Shown here: piece after piece, positions 1-8,436 of the stretch
How the letters are laid out: the number at the start of each line of letters is the position of its first letter
How positions within the stretch are numbered: the first letter of the stretch is position 1
Assembly: GCF_000253055.1 (NCBI RefSeq)
Contig: NC_016070.1
Coordinates: 60,001 to 92,000 of the forward strand
Direction: 5' to 3'
DNA length: 32,000 bases
Source: Thermoproteus tenax Kra 1
GTDB lineage: Archaea; Thermoproteota; Thermoprotei; Thermoproteales; Thermoproteaceae
Notes under the pieces: model-generated
Seen by the model: the letters and a program-made list of their open reading frames with translations, nothing else
Databases searched by the model: none
Told to the model about the DNA's origin: nothing
Made by a program: the position numbers and the translations under genes

Positions 1-67
1 CTCCCGGTTATGAGCCATACGCGGGACTTCGTCCCTGGGCGCTCCAACCAGGCTGAGCTACCCCCGC
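1..67 (-). tRNA. Partial tRNA with CAT anticodon (elongator Met or Ile2, unresolved), containing a non-canonical intron; truncated by the window edge
   Basis: Minus strand reads GCGGGGG-TA-GCTC-AGCCTGGTTG-GAGC-G-CCC[intron]GG-CTCATAA-CCGGG-AG. Acceptor 5' side is at 61-67 and the D-arm at 41-58. The anticodon stem CCCGG/CCGGG forms only when 17-36 is removed. Confidence 0.85.
17..36 (-). other. 20-nt tRNA intron within the 5' strand of the anticodon stem, between nominal positions 29 and 30
   Basis: Minus-strand AGGGACGAAGTCCCGCGTAT interrupts CCC|GG of the anticodon stem and contains a GGGAC-GAA-GTCCC hairpin. Excision restores the 5-bp stem around the CTCATAA loop. Confidence 0.75.
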
Positions 68-134
68 AAGAAGAAATAGCGCGCGATTTTTTAAATTTTG
101 CCGGCGATCGCGCGAAAGAGATAAAGCGGGCCAG

Positions 135-207
135 TGGGCCCGCCGGGATTCGAACCCGGGATCTCCCGCGCGTGAGGCGGGCATCCTAGCCGCTAGACTA
201 CGGGCCC
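135..207 (-). tRNA. tRNA-Val(CAC)
   Basis: Minus strand folds as GGGCCCG-TA-GTCTAGCGGCTAGGAT-G-CCCGC-CTCACGC-GCGGG-AGATC-CCGGG-TTCGAAT-CCCGG-CGGGCCC-A, a complete cloverleaf. TATA-like TTAAAAATA lies upstream. Confidence 0.93.
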
Positions 208-251
208 TTGACGCCATCTCCACACTCTATTTTTAAGTATTTTTGCCCGTT

Positions 252-424
252 TATCCCTAGGCGCTCATTATTGACAACCTTTGACTCGCGCCCAGGGACT
301 TCCTCCTCGTCCGCGCCTTCACGGGCACCCGAGGTGCCTCCGGCGCGGCGCCATCGGGCATGGGGGGCAACGGCACTGCCCCCTCTCCTCCAGTCGGGGC
401 AGAGCCCCTCATGGAACTGCCCCT
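252..424 (-). ncRNA. Candidate structured RNA of unknown identity
   Basis: Successive inverted repeats: 255-264/288-297 (10 bp, one G:U on minus), 324-329/333-338, 363-369/377-383, 396-402/417-423. TATA-like TTAAATA on minus at 439-445. No convincing ORF. Confidence 0.45.
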
Positions 425-592
425 CACCGCCGTACACGTATTTAAGCCCTCCGCCCGCGCCGAAGACGCAGGGTTTTCCTCAACGATAAGAAGTATGAAA
501 CAGCCTCAGTGGCGCTCTTTGGCCCAGAGCGACGGCTCTATAGTCGTTTAAGCCGCAAGAGAGGCGGTGCACTCTTCCGTTTCTCAACTCCT

Positions 593-619
593 TAGCGCCG
601 TATCTCACTAACGGCGCTA
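593..619. repeat. Perfect 9-bp inverted repeat (TAGCGCCGT-atctcacta-ACGGCGCTA)
   Basis: Direct sequence, about 85 bp upstream of the annotated radical SAM ORF start. Confidence 0.85.
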
Positions 620-703
620 TAGAGCTGTTCCTCCATATACGGCATAGGTCGGGGCGCCTTTTCTAACTCGCTGTCGATAAGGCACTACATCGGAGAAATT
701 TGC

Positions 704-1876
704 GTGTCCCGGCACGGCGAGCTCGACGAGAGGGATCAGCAGATAAATATAGTAGTCGACAAAGACATGGATCCCCGCAAGCTCGCCGCAGAGTTCGACA
801 GAAGGCCTCTGCTGGTGTTCTGGGAGTCCACTAAGGCGTGCCCGCTGGCGTGTAAACATTGTAGAGCCGACGCGATATTGAGGCCGTTGCCGGGGGAGTT
901 GGCCACTTGGGAGGCTAAGGCGCTGTTTGAGCAGATTACTGAGTTCGGCAAGCCGTATCCAGAGGTCATAATCACGGGAGGCGACCCTCTAATGAGGATG
1001 GACCTCTTCGAGCTCCTAGATTACGCAAAGGAGCTGGGGCTGCCGGTCTCGCTCGCCCCAGCTGTCTCTAAGAACTTGTTGGACGCCGTACCCGAGCTCA
1101 GAGGGAGAATAAAGAGCGCCTCGGTGAGCCTCGATGGGCTTAAGGCGACGCACGAGGAGATCAGGGGGGTCCCCGGGATATTCGACCAGACTCTGGAGGC
1201 GATTAAGGCGCTTCTCGGCGAGGGGATAAAGGTCCAAGTAAATACATTGGTATGGCGCAAGTCTCTACAGGAGCTTCCCGACGTCCTGAAGCTCATATAT
1301 GATCTAGGCGTGAGAGTGTGGGAGGTCTTCTTCCTGATAGAGACGGGGCGCGCCGTTAAGTCCCTCGACATAACGCCGCAGGAGTACGAGGACGTTGTCC
1401 AGTTCTTGGTCGACGTCTCAAGATACGGCGTCCAAGTAAGGACCGTTGAGGCGCCCTTTTACAGGAGGGCCAAGAGGTTGAGAGCCCAGGGGATGGCGTA
1501 CAGCTCGCCCCTATACGATAGGTTAGTCTCTAGGCTAAGGGAATTGATGGGAGATCCGCAGAGGCCCTTGGACCCAGCCGTAGTGCCCACCAGGGATGGC
1601 CACGGCATTATCTTCGTCGCATACGATGGGACTGTGTTTCCCAGCGGCTTCCTCCCCTATCCCCTAGGGAACGTGAGGAGGGAGTCCCTCGTCAAGATAT
1701 ACAGAGAGCACCCGCTTTTGTTGAAGATGAGACGGGGGGAGTTCGGCGGAAGATGCGGCGTCTGTGAGTTCAGAGACATCTGCGGCGGGTCTAGGGCGAG
1801 GGCGTTCGCCGCATTTAAGGATCCCTTGGCCGAGGATCCAGCTTGTATATATATACCAAACAAAAAATCTAATTAA
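704..1876 (+). CDS. Radical SAM / SPASM-domain protein
   Basis: 390-aa ORF with CPLACKHC (CxxxCxxC) near the N-terminus and a C-terminal cysteine cluster CGVCEFRDICGG...C. Start could also be ATG at 767. Confidence 0.88.
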   Translation: MSRHGELDERDQQINIVVDKDMDPRKLAAEFDRRPLLVFWESTKACPLACKHCRADAILRPLPGELATWEAKALFEQITEFGKPYPEVIITGGDPLMRMDLFELLDYAKELGLPVSLAPAVSKNLLDAVPELRGRIKSASVSLDGLKATHEEIRGVPGIFDQTLEAIKALLGEGIKVQVNTLVWRKSLQELPDVLKLIYDLGVRVWEVFFLIETGRAVKSLDITPQEYEDVVQFLVDVSRYGVQVRTVEAPFYRRAKRLRAQGMAYSSPLYDRLVSRLRELMGDPQRPLDPAVVPTRDGHGIIFVAYDGTVFPSGFLPYPLGNVRRESLVKIYREHPLLLKMRRGEFGGRCGVCEFRDICGGSRARAFAAFKDPLAEDPACIYIPNKKSN

Positions 1877-1996
1877 AAGAAAAATTGAAAAATGTAAAAT
1901 AATAAATTAATTATTGATAATAAATATTTTATTAAAGAAAGAGTAATATCTATATAGGTATATTGAGTAGTTATAAATAATTGCGATATTAGATAC

Positions 1997-2788
1997 ATGG
2001 CTTCGATCCAATTGGCTGCTACAACAACGACCACAGGCCCTGTGTGGAACGGCGTTTACTTTAACACCAATACAATAATACCGTGGCTCGTCGTGCTCTT
2101 GTTCTCCCTCTTGTACTTCGGCCTTTTAGCCTGGGCATGGATGCCGCGAGCTAACAAGCCCTTCGGGAAATTTAGAACTATCGATTTTGTCTATGTTGCC
2201 CTTACGGCGGCTCTGTTAATAGTATATAATTTCTTCATAAGCCCGCTGATCCCAAAGGTGGGCGCTGTGACTACCTACTTCTACTATCCCCTTATAGGCG
2301 AGATATTTCTCCTACAGTTGGTGGCGGCCCTCTCCGGCAAGCCGGGCGTCGTTGGGCTTACTATGTTTATATACACGCTTCTCTCCGACATAGTCCACTA
2401 CGGCTTCGGGGGCGAGCCCTTCTGGTTTATATACGAAGTCACCGCATATGGCGCTTTGATAGACCTCTGGCTAATAATACGCGGCGAGGCCGCGTTCACT
2501 CCGTACCTAAGGGCTGCGCGTGTGGCGACAGATGGCGGACAGCCCGCCGAAGAGGTCTCGCCTGGAGGCAATATGATGTGGGTGTTTATAGATGGCGCGA
2601 TAGCCGGCGGCTGGATAAGCCTAGCTTATCCTTTCTGGTGGAGAGGATTCTGGGGAACCTTCGTCATAGGCTATAAGACCACTGTGCAGTTCTGGGCCAT
2701 CACCAGCGCGACGCAGCTAGTCGCCGGCCTGGTGGTCGGGGCCATCCTGGGGCCGCTAATATACTATATAAAGAGAGTGGCCGCCTAA
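1997..2788 (+). CDS. Putative substrate-binding (S) component of an ECF-type transporter, polytopic membrane protein
   Basis: Hydrophobic 263-aa ORF immediately upstream of ECF ATPase and T-component genes. Substrate not inferable. Confidence 0.7.
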   Translation: MASIQLAATTTTTGPVWNGVYFNTNTIIPWLVVLLFSLLYFGLLAWAWMPRANKPFGKFRTIDFVYVALTAALLIVYNFFISPLIPKVGAVTTYFYYPLIGEIFLLQLVAALSGKPGVVGLTMFIYTLLSDIVHYGFGGEPFWFIYEVTAYGALIDLWLIIRGEAAFTPYLRAARVATDGGQPAEEVSPGGNMMWVFIDGAIAGGWISLAYPFWWRGFWGTFVIGYKTTVQFWAITSATQLVAGLVVGAILGPLIYYIKRVAA

Positions 2789-2794
2789 CTCTTA

Positions 2795-4447
2795 ATGAAA
2801 GTAATAGAAATCGAGAATCTTTTTGTCAAATATTTGGATCCTCCCAGACTTGCCCTTAAAGGGATCAGCCTGTCTGTTGAGGAGGGGGATTTCATCCTCC
2901 TGGTGGGGAGAACCGGCTCGGGCAAATCAACGTTGATTAACTCAATAAATGGAGTTATCCCGAACGTCATAAAGGCTGAGGCCAGGGGGAGAATATCGGT
3001 GTTTGGCAAAGATCCCAGGGAGTCTCCAGTTTACAAAACGGCGTTGGACGTCGGCACGGTATATCAAGTCCCCGAGAGCCAGATCTTCGCGCTAGTGGTA
3101 GAGGACGATGTGGCATTCGGCCTAGAGAATAGGGGCATGCCGCCCGAGGAGATGAGGGGGAGGGTCAGAGAGGCGTTAGAGCTGGTGGGCCTGTGGAGGA
3201 AGAGAGACCATCCGACGTTCTTGCTCAGCGGCGGCGAGAAACAGCGGCTGGTCATAGCCTCCATTCTGGCGCTGAAACCCAAGGTCTTGATACTTGACGA
3301 GCCCACCTCTATGTTGGACGCAATAGGCACCGAGGAGGTCTTCCAGCTCCTGCGCAAGTTGAACGAGGAGGGCATGACAATAATCGTTGCCGAGCATAAA
3401 GTTGAGTATTTGTTGCCCTTTGTGGACAGAGTTGTGGCGTTGGAGAACGGCGTGATAGCCCTGGATGAGGAGCCCCACAGAGCTGTAGCTAAGGGCTTGG
3501 CCAAGTTCGGTGTTGAGGAGCCGCAAGTGGCCGCTCTGCATCGTGCGGCCAAGCCTGACGACGCGCTCTGTCCCATAACTGTAGAGGAATTCTTCGAAGT
3601 GGACAAAGACGTTAAAATCGAGGTGATATCAGAGCGAGAGGCGCCATCGGGCGAGGCTATAGTCAAGGCCAACGGCGTTGTCTTCAAGTATCCGGGCAAC
3701 GAGGAGCCTACGCTCAGAGGCGTCGATCTGGAGATACCTGAGGGCGCCGTCGTAAGCGTGGTAGGCCCGAACGGCTCCGGTAAGAGCACTCTGATGTATT
3801 TGCTCGTCGGCCTGTACAGGCCGACCGCAGGCTCGGTGGAGATAGCCGGGAGGGCCCCGGCCGATCTGTCCGGCGCTGAGAGAGTGAGGTTGGTGGGCTA
3901 CGCCTTTCAAGACCCCGACCAGATGCTTATGAACGTGACAGTTAGGGCGGAGATAGAGATGTCCCTGAGGTTGGCGGGATACAGAGGGAGGGCGCTCAAA
4001 AGCGTGGCGGAACAAGTGGCCAAAGAGTTGGGCATAGGCGATCTGCTCGAGAGAAGCCCCCACAAGCTCTCCGTGGGGCAGAGGCGGTTAGTCAGCCTGG
4101 CCGCCGTCCTGGCGCCGTCGCCGAGAGTGCTCATACTCGACGAGCCAACGCGGGGGCTTGATAGAGAGACTGCGGAGGTCACTATGAAGTACCTAATGTC
4201 GATAAGGAGGGAGCGCCGAATGACCATAATCATGGTCAGTCACGACATGAGACAAGTCGGTGATTACAGCGAGCTTGTCTACGTCATGTACGGCGGAAGG
4301 ATAGCCTACAAGGGATCTCCCGAGGACGTCTTCGCCGAGGCTGAGAAACATAGAGAGTGGGGCTTAAGCGCGCCGCAAGTGTACTGGGTCACGAGGCGCC
4401 ACGGGAAGAGATCGGCGAGTTTAAAGTTTGTAAGAGCCTATGTCTGA
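2795..4447 (+). CDS. Energy-coupling factor transporter ATPase, fused A1-A2
   Basis: Two ABC domains: GRTGSGKST with LSGGEKQR, and GPNGSGKST with LSVGQRRL. Confidence 0.92.
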   Translation: MKVIEIENLFVKYLDPPRLALKGISLSVEEGDFILLVGRTGSGKSTLINSINGVIPNVIKAEARGRISVFGKDPRESPVYKTALDVGTVYQVPESQIFALVVEDDVAFGLENRGMPPEEMRGRVREALELVGLWRKRDHPTFLLSGGEKQRLVIASILALKPKVLILDEPTSMLDAIGTEEVFQLLRKLNEEGMTIIVAEHKVEYLLPFVDRVVALENGVIALDEEPHRAVAKGLAKFGVEEPQVAALHRAAKPDDALCPITVEEFFEVDKDVKIEVISEREAPSGEAIVKANGVVFKYPGNEEPTLRGVDLEIPEGAVVSVVGPNGSGKSTLMYLLVGLYRPTAGSVEIAGRAPADLSGAERVRLVGYAFQDPDQMLMNVTVRAEIEMSLRLAGYRGRALKSVAEQVAKELGIGDLLERSPHKLSVGQRRLVSLAAVLAPSPRVLILDEPTRGLDRETAEVTMKYLMSIRRERRMTIIMVSHDMRQVGDYSELVYVMYGGRIAYKGSPEDVFAEAEKHREWGLSAPQVYWVTRRHGKRSASLKFVRAYV

Positions 4448-5477
4448 ACTCGGCTTGATACTCTACAACCCACTGGTCAACTGGGCCATCGCACTGGTCT
4501 ATATGTTCTGGGGACCCGCCGCCGTTATATATTTGATATTCAAACTGATAGGCTTCAGAGGCTATATGTCGCTGTTCAGATATGTGCGCGGCGAAAGTTT
4601 CCTCTACAAACTGGACCCCCGGGTAAAGATACTTTTCTCTATTGTTGTGACAACGGTGGCTGCGATGACTGTGTGGTGGATCTCCGCCATATTGTTCGCC
4701 GTTATCATGGCCCTCTACGCCTTTACTACAGATGTTAAAGAGAAAATGAAAATAGTCGTCCCCTTGGTGTTGGCCTCATTTATTGGAACTGCGTGGGCGC
4801 AGTCGATGATAGTGCCCTATAGCTATCTGCAGTACGATTTCGGCGAAGTCCACTTTATCTACGCGTTTCCTCAAGCCTTCTCGGCCTTGGGAATAACCCA
4901 GGCTAACGGTACAGCCTATGTGCCCTTCTTGGGCTACGTCCAGAGCCCAGTGGGACTGACTTGGGAGGGCTTCCTCTACGGCCTACAAATAACTTTCAGA
5001 GCGGTGGCCGCCATAGCCTCCGGCCTTCTCCTGATCTTCACTACCCAACCCTCTGACATTCTCAGATCCTTAGAGAAGTCGGGGTTACCCGTGGAGTTCG
5101 GCTTCACGCTACTTTTGGCTGTCTCATCCGTGCCCAAGGTGCTTGAGGCCTCAATGACCACGTTGAACGCGCTTAGGGCTAGAGGCGTCGACTTCAGACC
5201 TAGGGGGGCCAACCCGTTGATATCTCTGATCAACAGTTTGCGCTACATCGTCTTGTCACTAGTCACTATCGTAATATTGACGGTCAGAGACGCTGTACAG
5301 ATAGCGATAGCGGCAGAGATACGAGGTTTTAGGGCCTCAAGGAGGCGTACCTACTACCGCGAGATTAAGATGAGTAGAATAGACTATGTGGCGCTTGTAT
5401 TGTTGATAGCTCTGTTGATCTTCGGAGTATATCTCTCGGGCATTCCAGGGTTCGGAGCAGTGCCATATAATCCCTAA
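4440..5477 (+). CDS. ECF transporter transmembrane (T) component
   Basis: CbiQ/EcfT-like membrane protein (FLYKLDPRVKILFS; ALRARGVDFRPRG). Overlaps the ATPase gene by 8 bp. Confidence 0.88.
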   Translation: MSELGLILYNPLVNWAIALVYMFWGPAAVIYLIFKLIGFRGYMSLFRYVRGESFLYKLDPRVKILFSIVVTTVAAMTVWWISAILFAVIMALYAFTTDVKEKMKIVVPLVLASFIGTAWAQSMIVPYSYLQYDFGEVHFIYAFPQAFSALGITQANGTAYVPFLGYVQSPVGLTWEGFLYGLQITFRAVAAIASGLLLIFTTQPSDILRSLEKSGLPVEFGFTLLLAVSSVPKVLEASMTTLNALRARGVDFRPRGANPLISLINSLRYIVLSLVTIVILTVRDAVQIAIAAEIRGFRASRRRTYYREIKMSRIDYVALVLLIALLIFGVYLSGIPGFGAVPYNP

Positions 5478-6913
5478 TGCCTGAGCCCTACTGCCTCCTC
5501 TGAGAGACGTAGATACTTGTGTTCGCCGCTGACGACCTCTAGACTGACCGCCTTGGGCTCCACTAAGAAGAACGAAGTTAACGGCACGCCGGCGAGGCTC
5601 ACCAACGCCAACAGCTGGAACAGATGTGAGACGCCCCAGCTGTGTATAAGCGTCGGGAACACGAAGGTGGATATCGCTGCGCCCAACTTTCCGGCGGCCG
5701 CCGATATGCCGTGGCCAGTCGTCCGGTAACGCGTCGGATAAAGCTCTGCCGGCAACACGAAGGTAGTCGTGTTAGGGCCGAAGTTTATGAAGAAGAAGCT
5801 GAGCGAATATAGGGCCATGGCGATGCTCGCCGGAGCGAGCAAGACTGTGTTTCCACCGACTTGCGTCACAATGAAGGAGACCACGAAGTATATGAGGGCC
5901 ATGGCGATAAAGCCCATGTTCTGTATAGGCTTTCTTCCCAATTTATCGAGGGCCCAGGCCGCCGCAAAGTAGCCAGGGAATCCAACTAAGAAGGGTAGGC
6001 CTTGGTAAATAATGGTGTGCAGTACATCTGTAGGGCTCCCTAGGATGGAGGTGACCACAGCCCCCGAGAACACGCCGGTGCCGTACAACGCTATGTCCAT
6101 CAGAAACCAGGGCACTGTGGTGCCGATGAGGAACTTCCAGTAATTGGCTATGAACTTGTCGAAACCCAGCTGCTCTGCGCGGACGGGGGCTGTGATATCG
6201 GCGCCGAGCAACCTCGCCGCCCTCCGCGCCTCCTCCACATCGCCCTTGACGAGCAGAGAGTATCGCGGCGTCTCGGGTATCTTCCTCCTCAAATAAATGA
6301 CTGACATTGCCGGCAGAGCTCCGACGCCTAACATCACTCTCCACGCAATGTCGGGGGGCAGAAGGGCTACCGACGCAAGTGCAACTCCTATTGAGGCAAG
6401 GATTCCGAAGCCTTGGTTGGCGAAGACCAGCGCGACAAGCTTCCCCCTGTCTTTGACGTTAGAGTATTCGGACATTATCGTCGCCGATATGGGGTAATCG
6501 CCGCCTATGCCGAAGCCGAGGAGCGTTCTGAAAGCTATAAGCCACAACAAATTGGGGGCGAGCGCACTGAGGATGGCGCCCACGGTCAATATAGCGGCCT
6601 CAACGCCGTAGAGGTACTTCCTTCCGAGGCGGTCCCCCAGTACGCCGAACAATATCTGCCCCGCTATGGTAGCCCAGAGCGCCGCCGAGGCTAAGAGCCC
6701 CGTCCAGAGGTTCGCTTGAGGGCCGTGGAGCTCCTCAAAGCCCGGCACAACATAATTGGTCAAGACCGTCAGTACAGCGCCTATTATGAAGAGGTCGTAG
6801 GCGTCCGTGAAAAAGCCGGCGCCGGAAAGATACCAGATCTTTATATGGGCCCATGTGAGCTTAAGCTTATCTAAACTCTCAAAGGGAGCAAGGGGACGTC
6901 TTTCTTCCCTCAT
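5474..6913 (-). CDS. Major facilitator superfamily transporter, sugar/phosphate-permease-like
   Basis: 479-aa polytopic ORF with GVLGDRLGRKYLYG and DKLGRKP MFS motifs. Confidence 0.85.
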   Translation of the reverse strand: MREERRPLAPFESLDKLKLTWAHIKIWYLSGAGFFTDAYDLFIIGAVLTVLTNYVVPGFEELHGPQANLWTGLLASAALWATIAGQILFGVLGDRLGRKYLYGVEAAILTVGAILSALAPNLLWLIAFRTLLGFGIGGDYPISATIMSEYSNVKDRGKLVALVFANQGFGILASIGVALASVALLPPDIAWRVMLGVGALPAMSVIYLRRKIPETPRYSLLVKGDVEEARRAARLLGADITAPVRAEQLGFDKFIANYWKFLIGTTVPWFLMDIALYGTGVFSGAVVTSILGSPTDVLHTIIYQGLPFLVGFPGYFAAAWALDKLGRKPIQNMGFIAMALIYFVVSFIVTQVGGNTVLLAPASIAMALYSLSFFFINFGPNTTTFVLPAELYPTRYRTTGHGISAAAGKLGAAISTFVFPTLIHSWGVSHLFQLLALVSLAGVPLTSFFLVEPKAVSLEVVSGEHKYLRLSEEAVGLRH

Positions 6914-7126
6914 GTGATGGGGGAGGGGGGCGAGCCAAAAAACAATATGCTAAATTATACTTAAGCACAATCATAATACCAAGATTTCGTGAAAATATTA
7001 TAAAAACTAAAAAGATATTACTCTATAAAATTAAAAAATAATTTTAATAATAATTAAAATAAAATAAATTATTTTATATAGGATAAAGGAGGGAATATAT
7101 TTATAGGAAATTGACGTAGATGGCTT

Positions 7127-7711
7127 GTGTCGGTAGCGCACAGCCTTAAGGAATATGTTTTGAAACAGACCAAACTGGACAGAGTGATCAGATGGGGCAT
7201 CAAGTGGTCGATGTGGCCTGTGCATTTGGTGACGAGCTGTTGCGGCGTGGAGGTGGCCCACGTGTCAGGCCCCGTCTTTGACGCCGAGAGGTGGGGAGTT
7301 CTGCCCTTCAACACTATGAGGCAGACCAACGTCATACTTGTCGAGGGCACTATCACTAGGAAGATGGCCAAGGTTCTCAAGTGGGTCTACGAGCAGATGC
7401 CTGAGCCCAAGTTCGTGATAGCCATGGGCGCATGCGCCATAAGAGGCGGCCTCTTCTGGAACTCGTACCACGTCACACAGGTTGATACAATAGTGCCGGT
7501 GGACGCGTATATACCTGGCTGTCCGCCGACGCCCGAGGCCGTCATAAGGGCGTTCTTCATGGTCGGCAATAAGATATTGGGCAAGCCGGGCCCCGAGATC
7601 CAACCTATAAAAGTGGATCTAACGCCGTATCTGCCTCAGCCGAAGCCAGCAGCTAAGCCGGCCGCCAAGCCGGCGCAACAGTTGGCGCAAACGCCTCAAC
7701 AAGCGGCGTAG
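7127..7711 (+). CDS. nuoB: NADH-quinone oxidoreductase subunit B-like protein
   Basis: Cluster N2-type motifs TSCCGVE, GACAIRGG and PGCPPTPE. GTG start about 26 nt after ATATATTTATAG. Confidence 0.92.
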   Translation: MSVAHSLKEYVLKQTKLDRVIRWGIKWSMWPVHLVTSCCGVEVAHVSGPVFDAERWGVLPFNTMRQTNVILVEGTITRKMAKVLKWVYEQMPEPKFVIAMGACAIRGGLFWNSYHVTQVDTIVPVDAYIPGCPPTPEAVIRAFFMVGNKILGKPGPEIQPIKVDLTPYLPQPKPAAKPAAKPAQQLAQTPQQAA

Positions 7712-7713
7712 AT

Positions 7714-8247
7714 ATGTCGGCCAAGCTGCCGCCCAAGTGTCCCCAAGCCGCCGACCACGCCCTGTTGCCTAAACTGAAGGAGGCCCTCGGCAACGCCTTA
7801 TTACAACACGGAGTCTCGGCGGACGGCTATCTATGCATTATAGTTCCCGCCGACAAGATCAGAGAGGTTGCACAGAGGCTGAAGGAGCTCGGCTTCGACC
7901 ACACGCTCTCTGTGAGCGCCATGGACTACATGGAGGAGAAGAAGTTCGTGGTCATGTACACCTTCGCGTCGTATCTGTCGCCTGAGCTCAAGGGCCACCT
8001 TCTGAATGTGAGGGCGGAGATACCGAGGGACAATCCGCACATAGCCTCGATAGCCGACATCTTCCCCTCGGCTGATTACGATGAGAGGGAGTGCCACGAG
8101 ATGTTCGGCATATGGTTCGACGGCAATCCGCACATGGGCAAGCGCTTCCTGCTGGACCCTGACTGTTGTATAGACGAGAAGACCGGCAAGCCGCTATATC
8201 CGCTAAGGCGCGACTTCAAGGTGCCCGAGTGGGGTCTCTTCGGCTGA
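7714..8247 (+). CDS. nuoC: NADH-quinone oxidoreductase subunit C-like (30 kDa) protein
   Basis: Family signature SADYDERECHEMFGIWFDGNPHMGKRFLLD, with PLRRDF. Confidence 0.92.
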   Translation: MSAKLPPKCPQAADHALLPKLKEALGNALLQHGVSADGYLCIIVPADKIREVAQRLKELGFDHTLSVSAMDYMEEKKFVVMYTFASYLSPELKGHLLNVRAEIPRDNPHIASIADIFPSADYDERECHEMFGIWFDGNPHMGKRFLLDPDCCIDEKTGKPLYPLRRDFKVPEWGLFG

Positions 8248-8436
8248 GACTTGTGCTATAGAGGGGGCTACCGTTTGTCTCCATCTTCCTCTTAGCTTCA
8301 CCCGGAGGAGCTCGGGGCGGTCCGCAGAAGCCGTACGTCGGCTATGATGCGTTCTAAATCCTCCAGATGCGGCAGAGGAGTGTTGCGACAGCGACACAAT
8401 GGGGGCCGTGGGGACTTCGCGGGGGGAATGGACTCG

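Noticed and set aside
250-460. Possible RNase P RNA based on minus-strand GAGGAGGAAGTCC
   Set aside because: The motif is imperfect and near the 3' end of the structured segment instead of the 5' end. No matching CR-IV/CR-V or P4 partner was identified by eye. Kept only as a candidate ncRNA.
3064-4233. Long antisense ORFs inside the ECF ATPase and similar antisense ORFs across other genes
   Set aside because: These are shadows of codon bias opposite confident genes, with no independent start signals or domains.
8203-8397. 64-aa minus ORF between nuoC and the membrane protein
   Set aside because: It overlaps the nuoC end, has Arg/Ser-rich composition typical of antisense GC artefacts, and shows no recognisable motif.
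8263-8400. Possible nuoD remnant after nuoC
   Set aside because: No frame shows recognisable NuoD signatures. The short peptide ending QKPYVGYDAF is not diagnostic.
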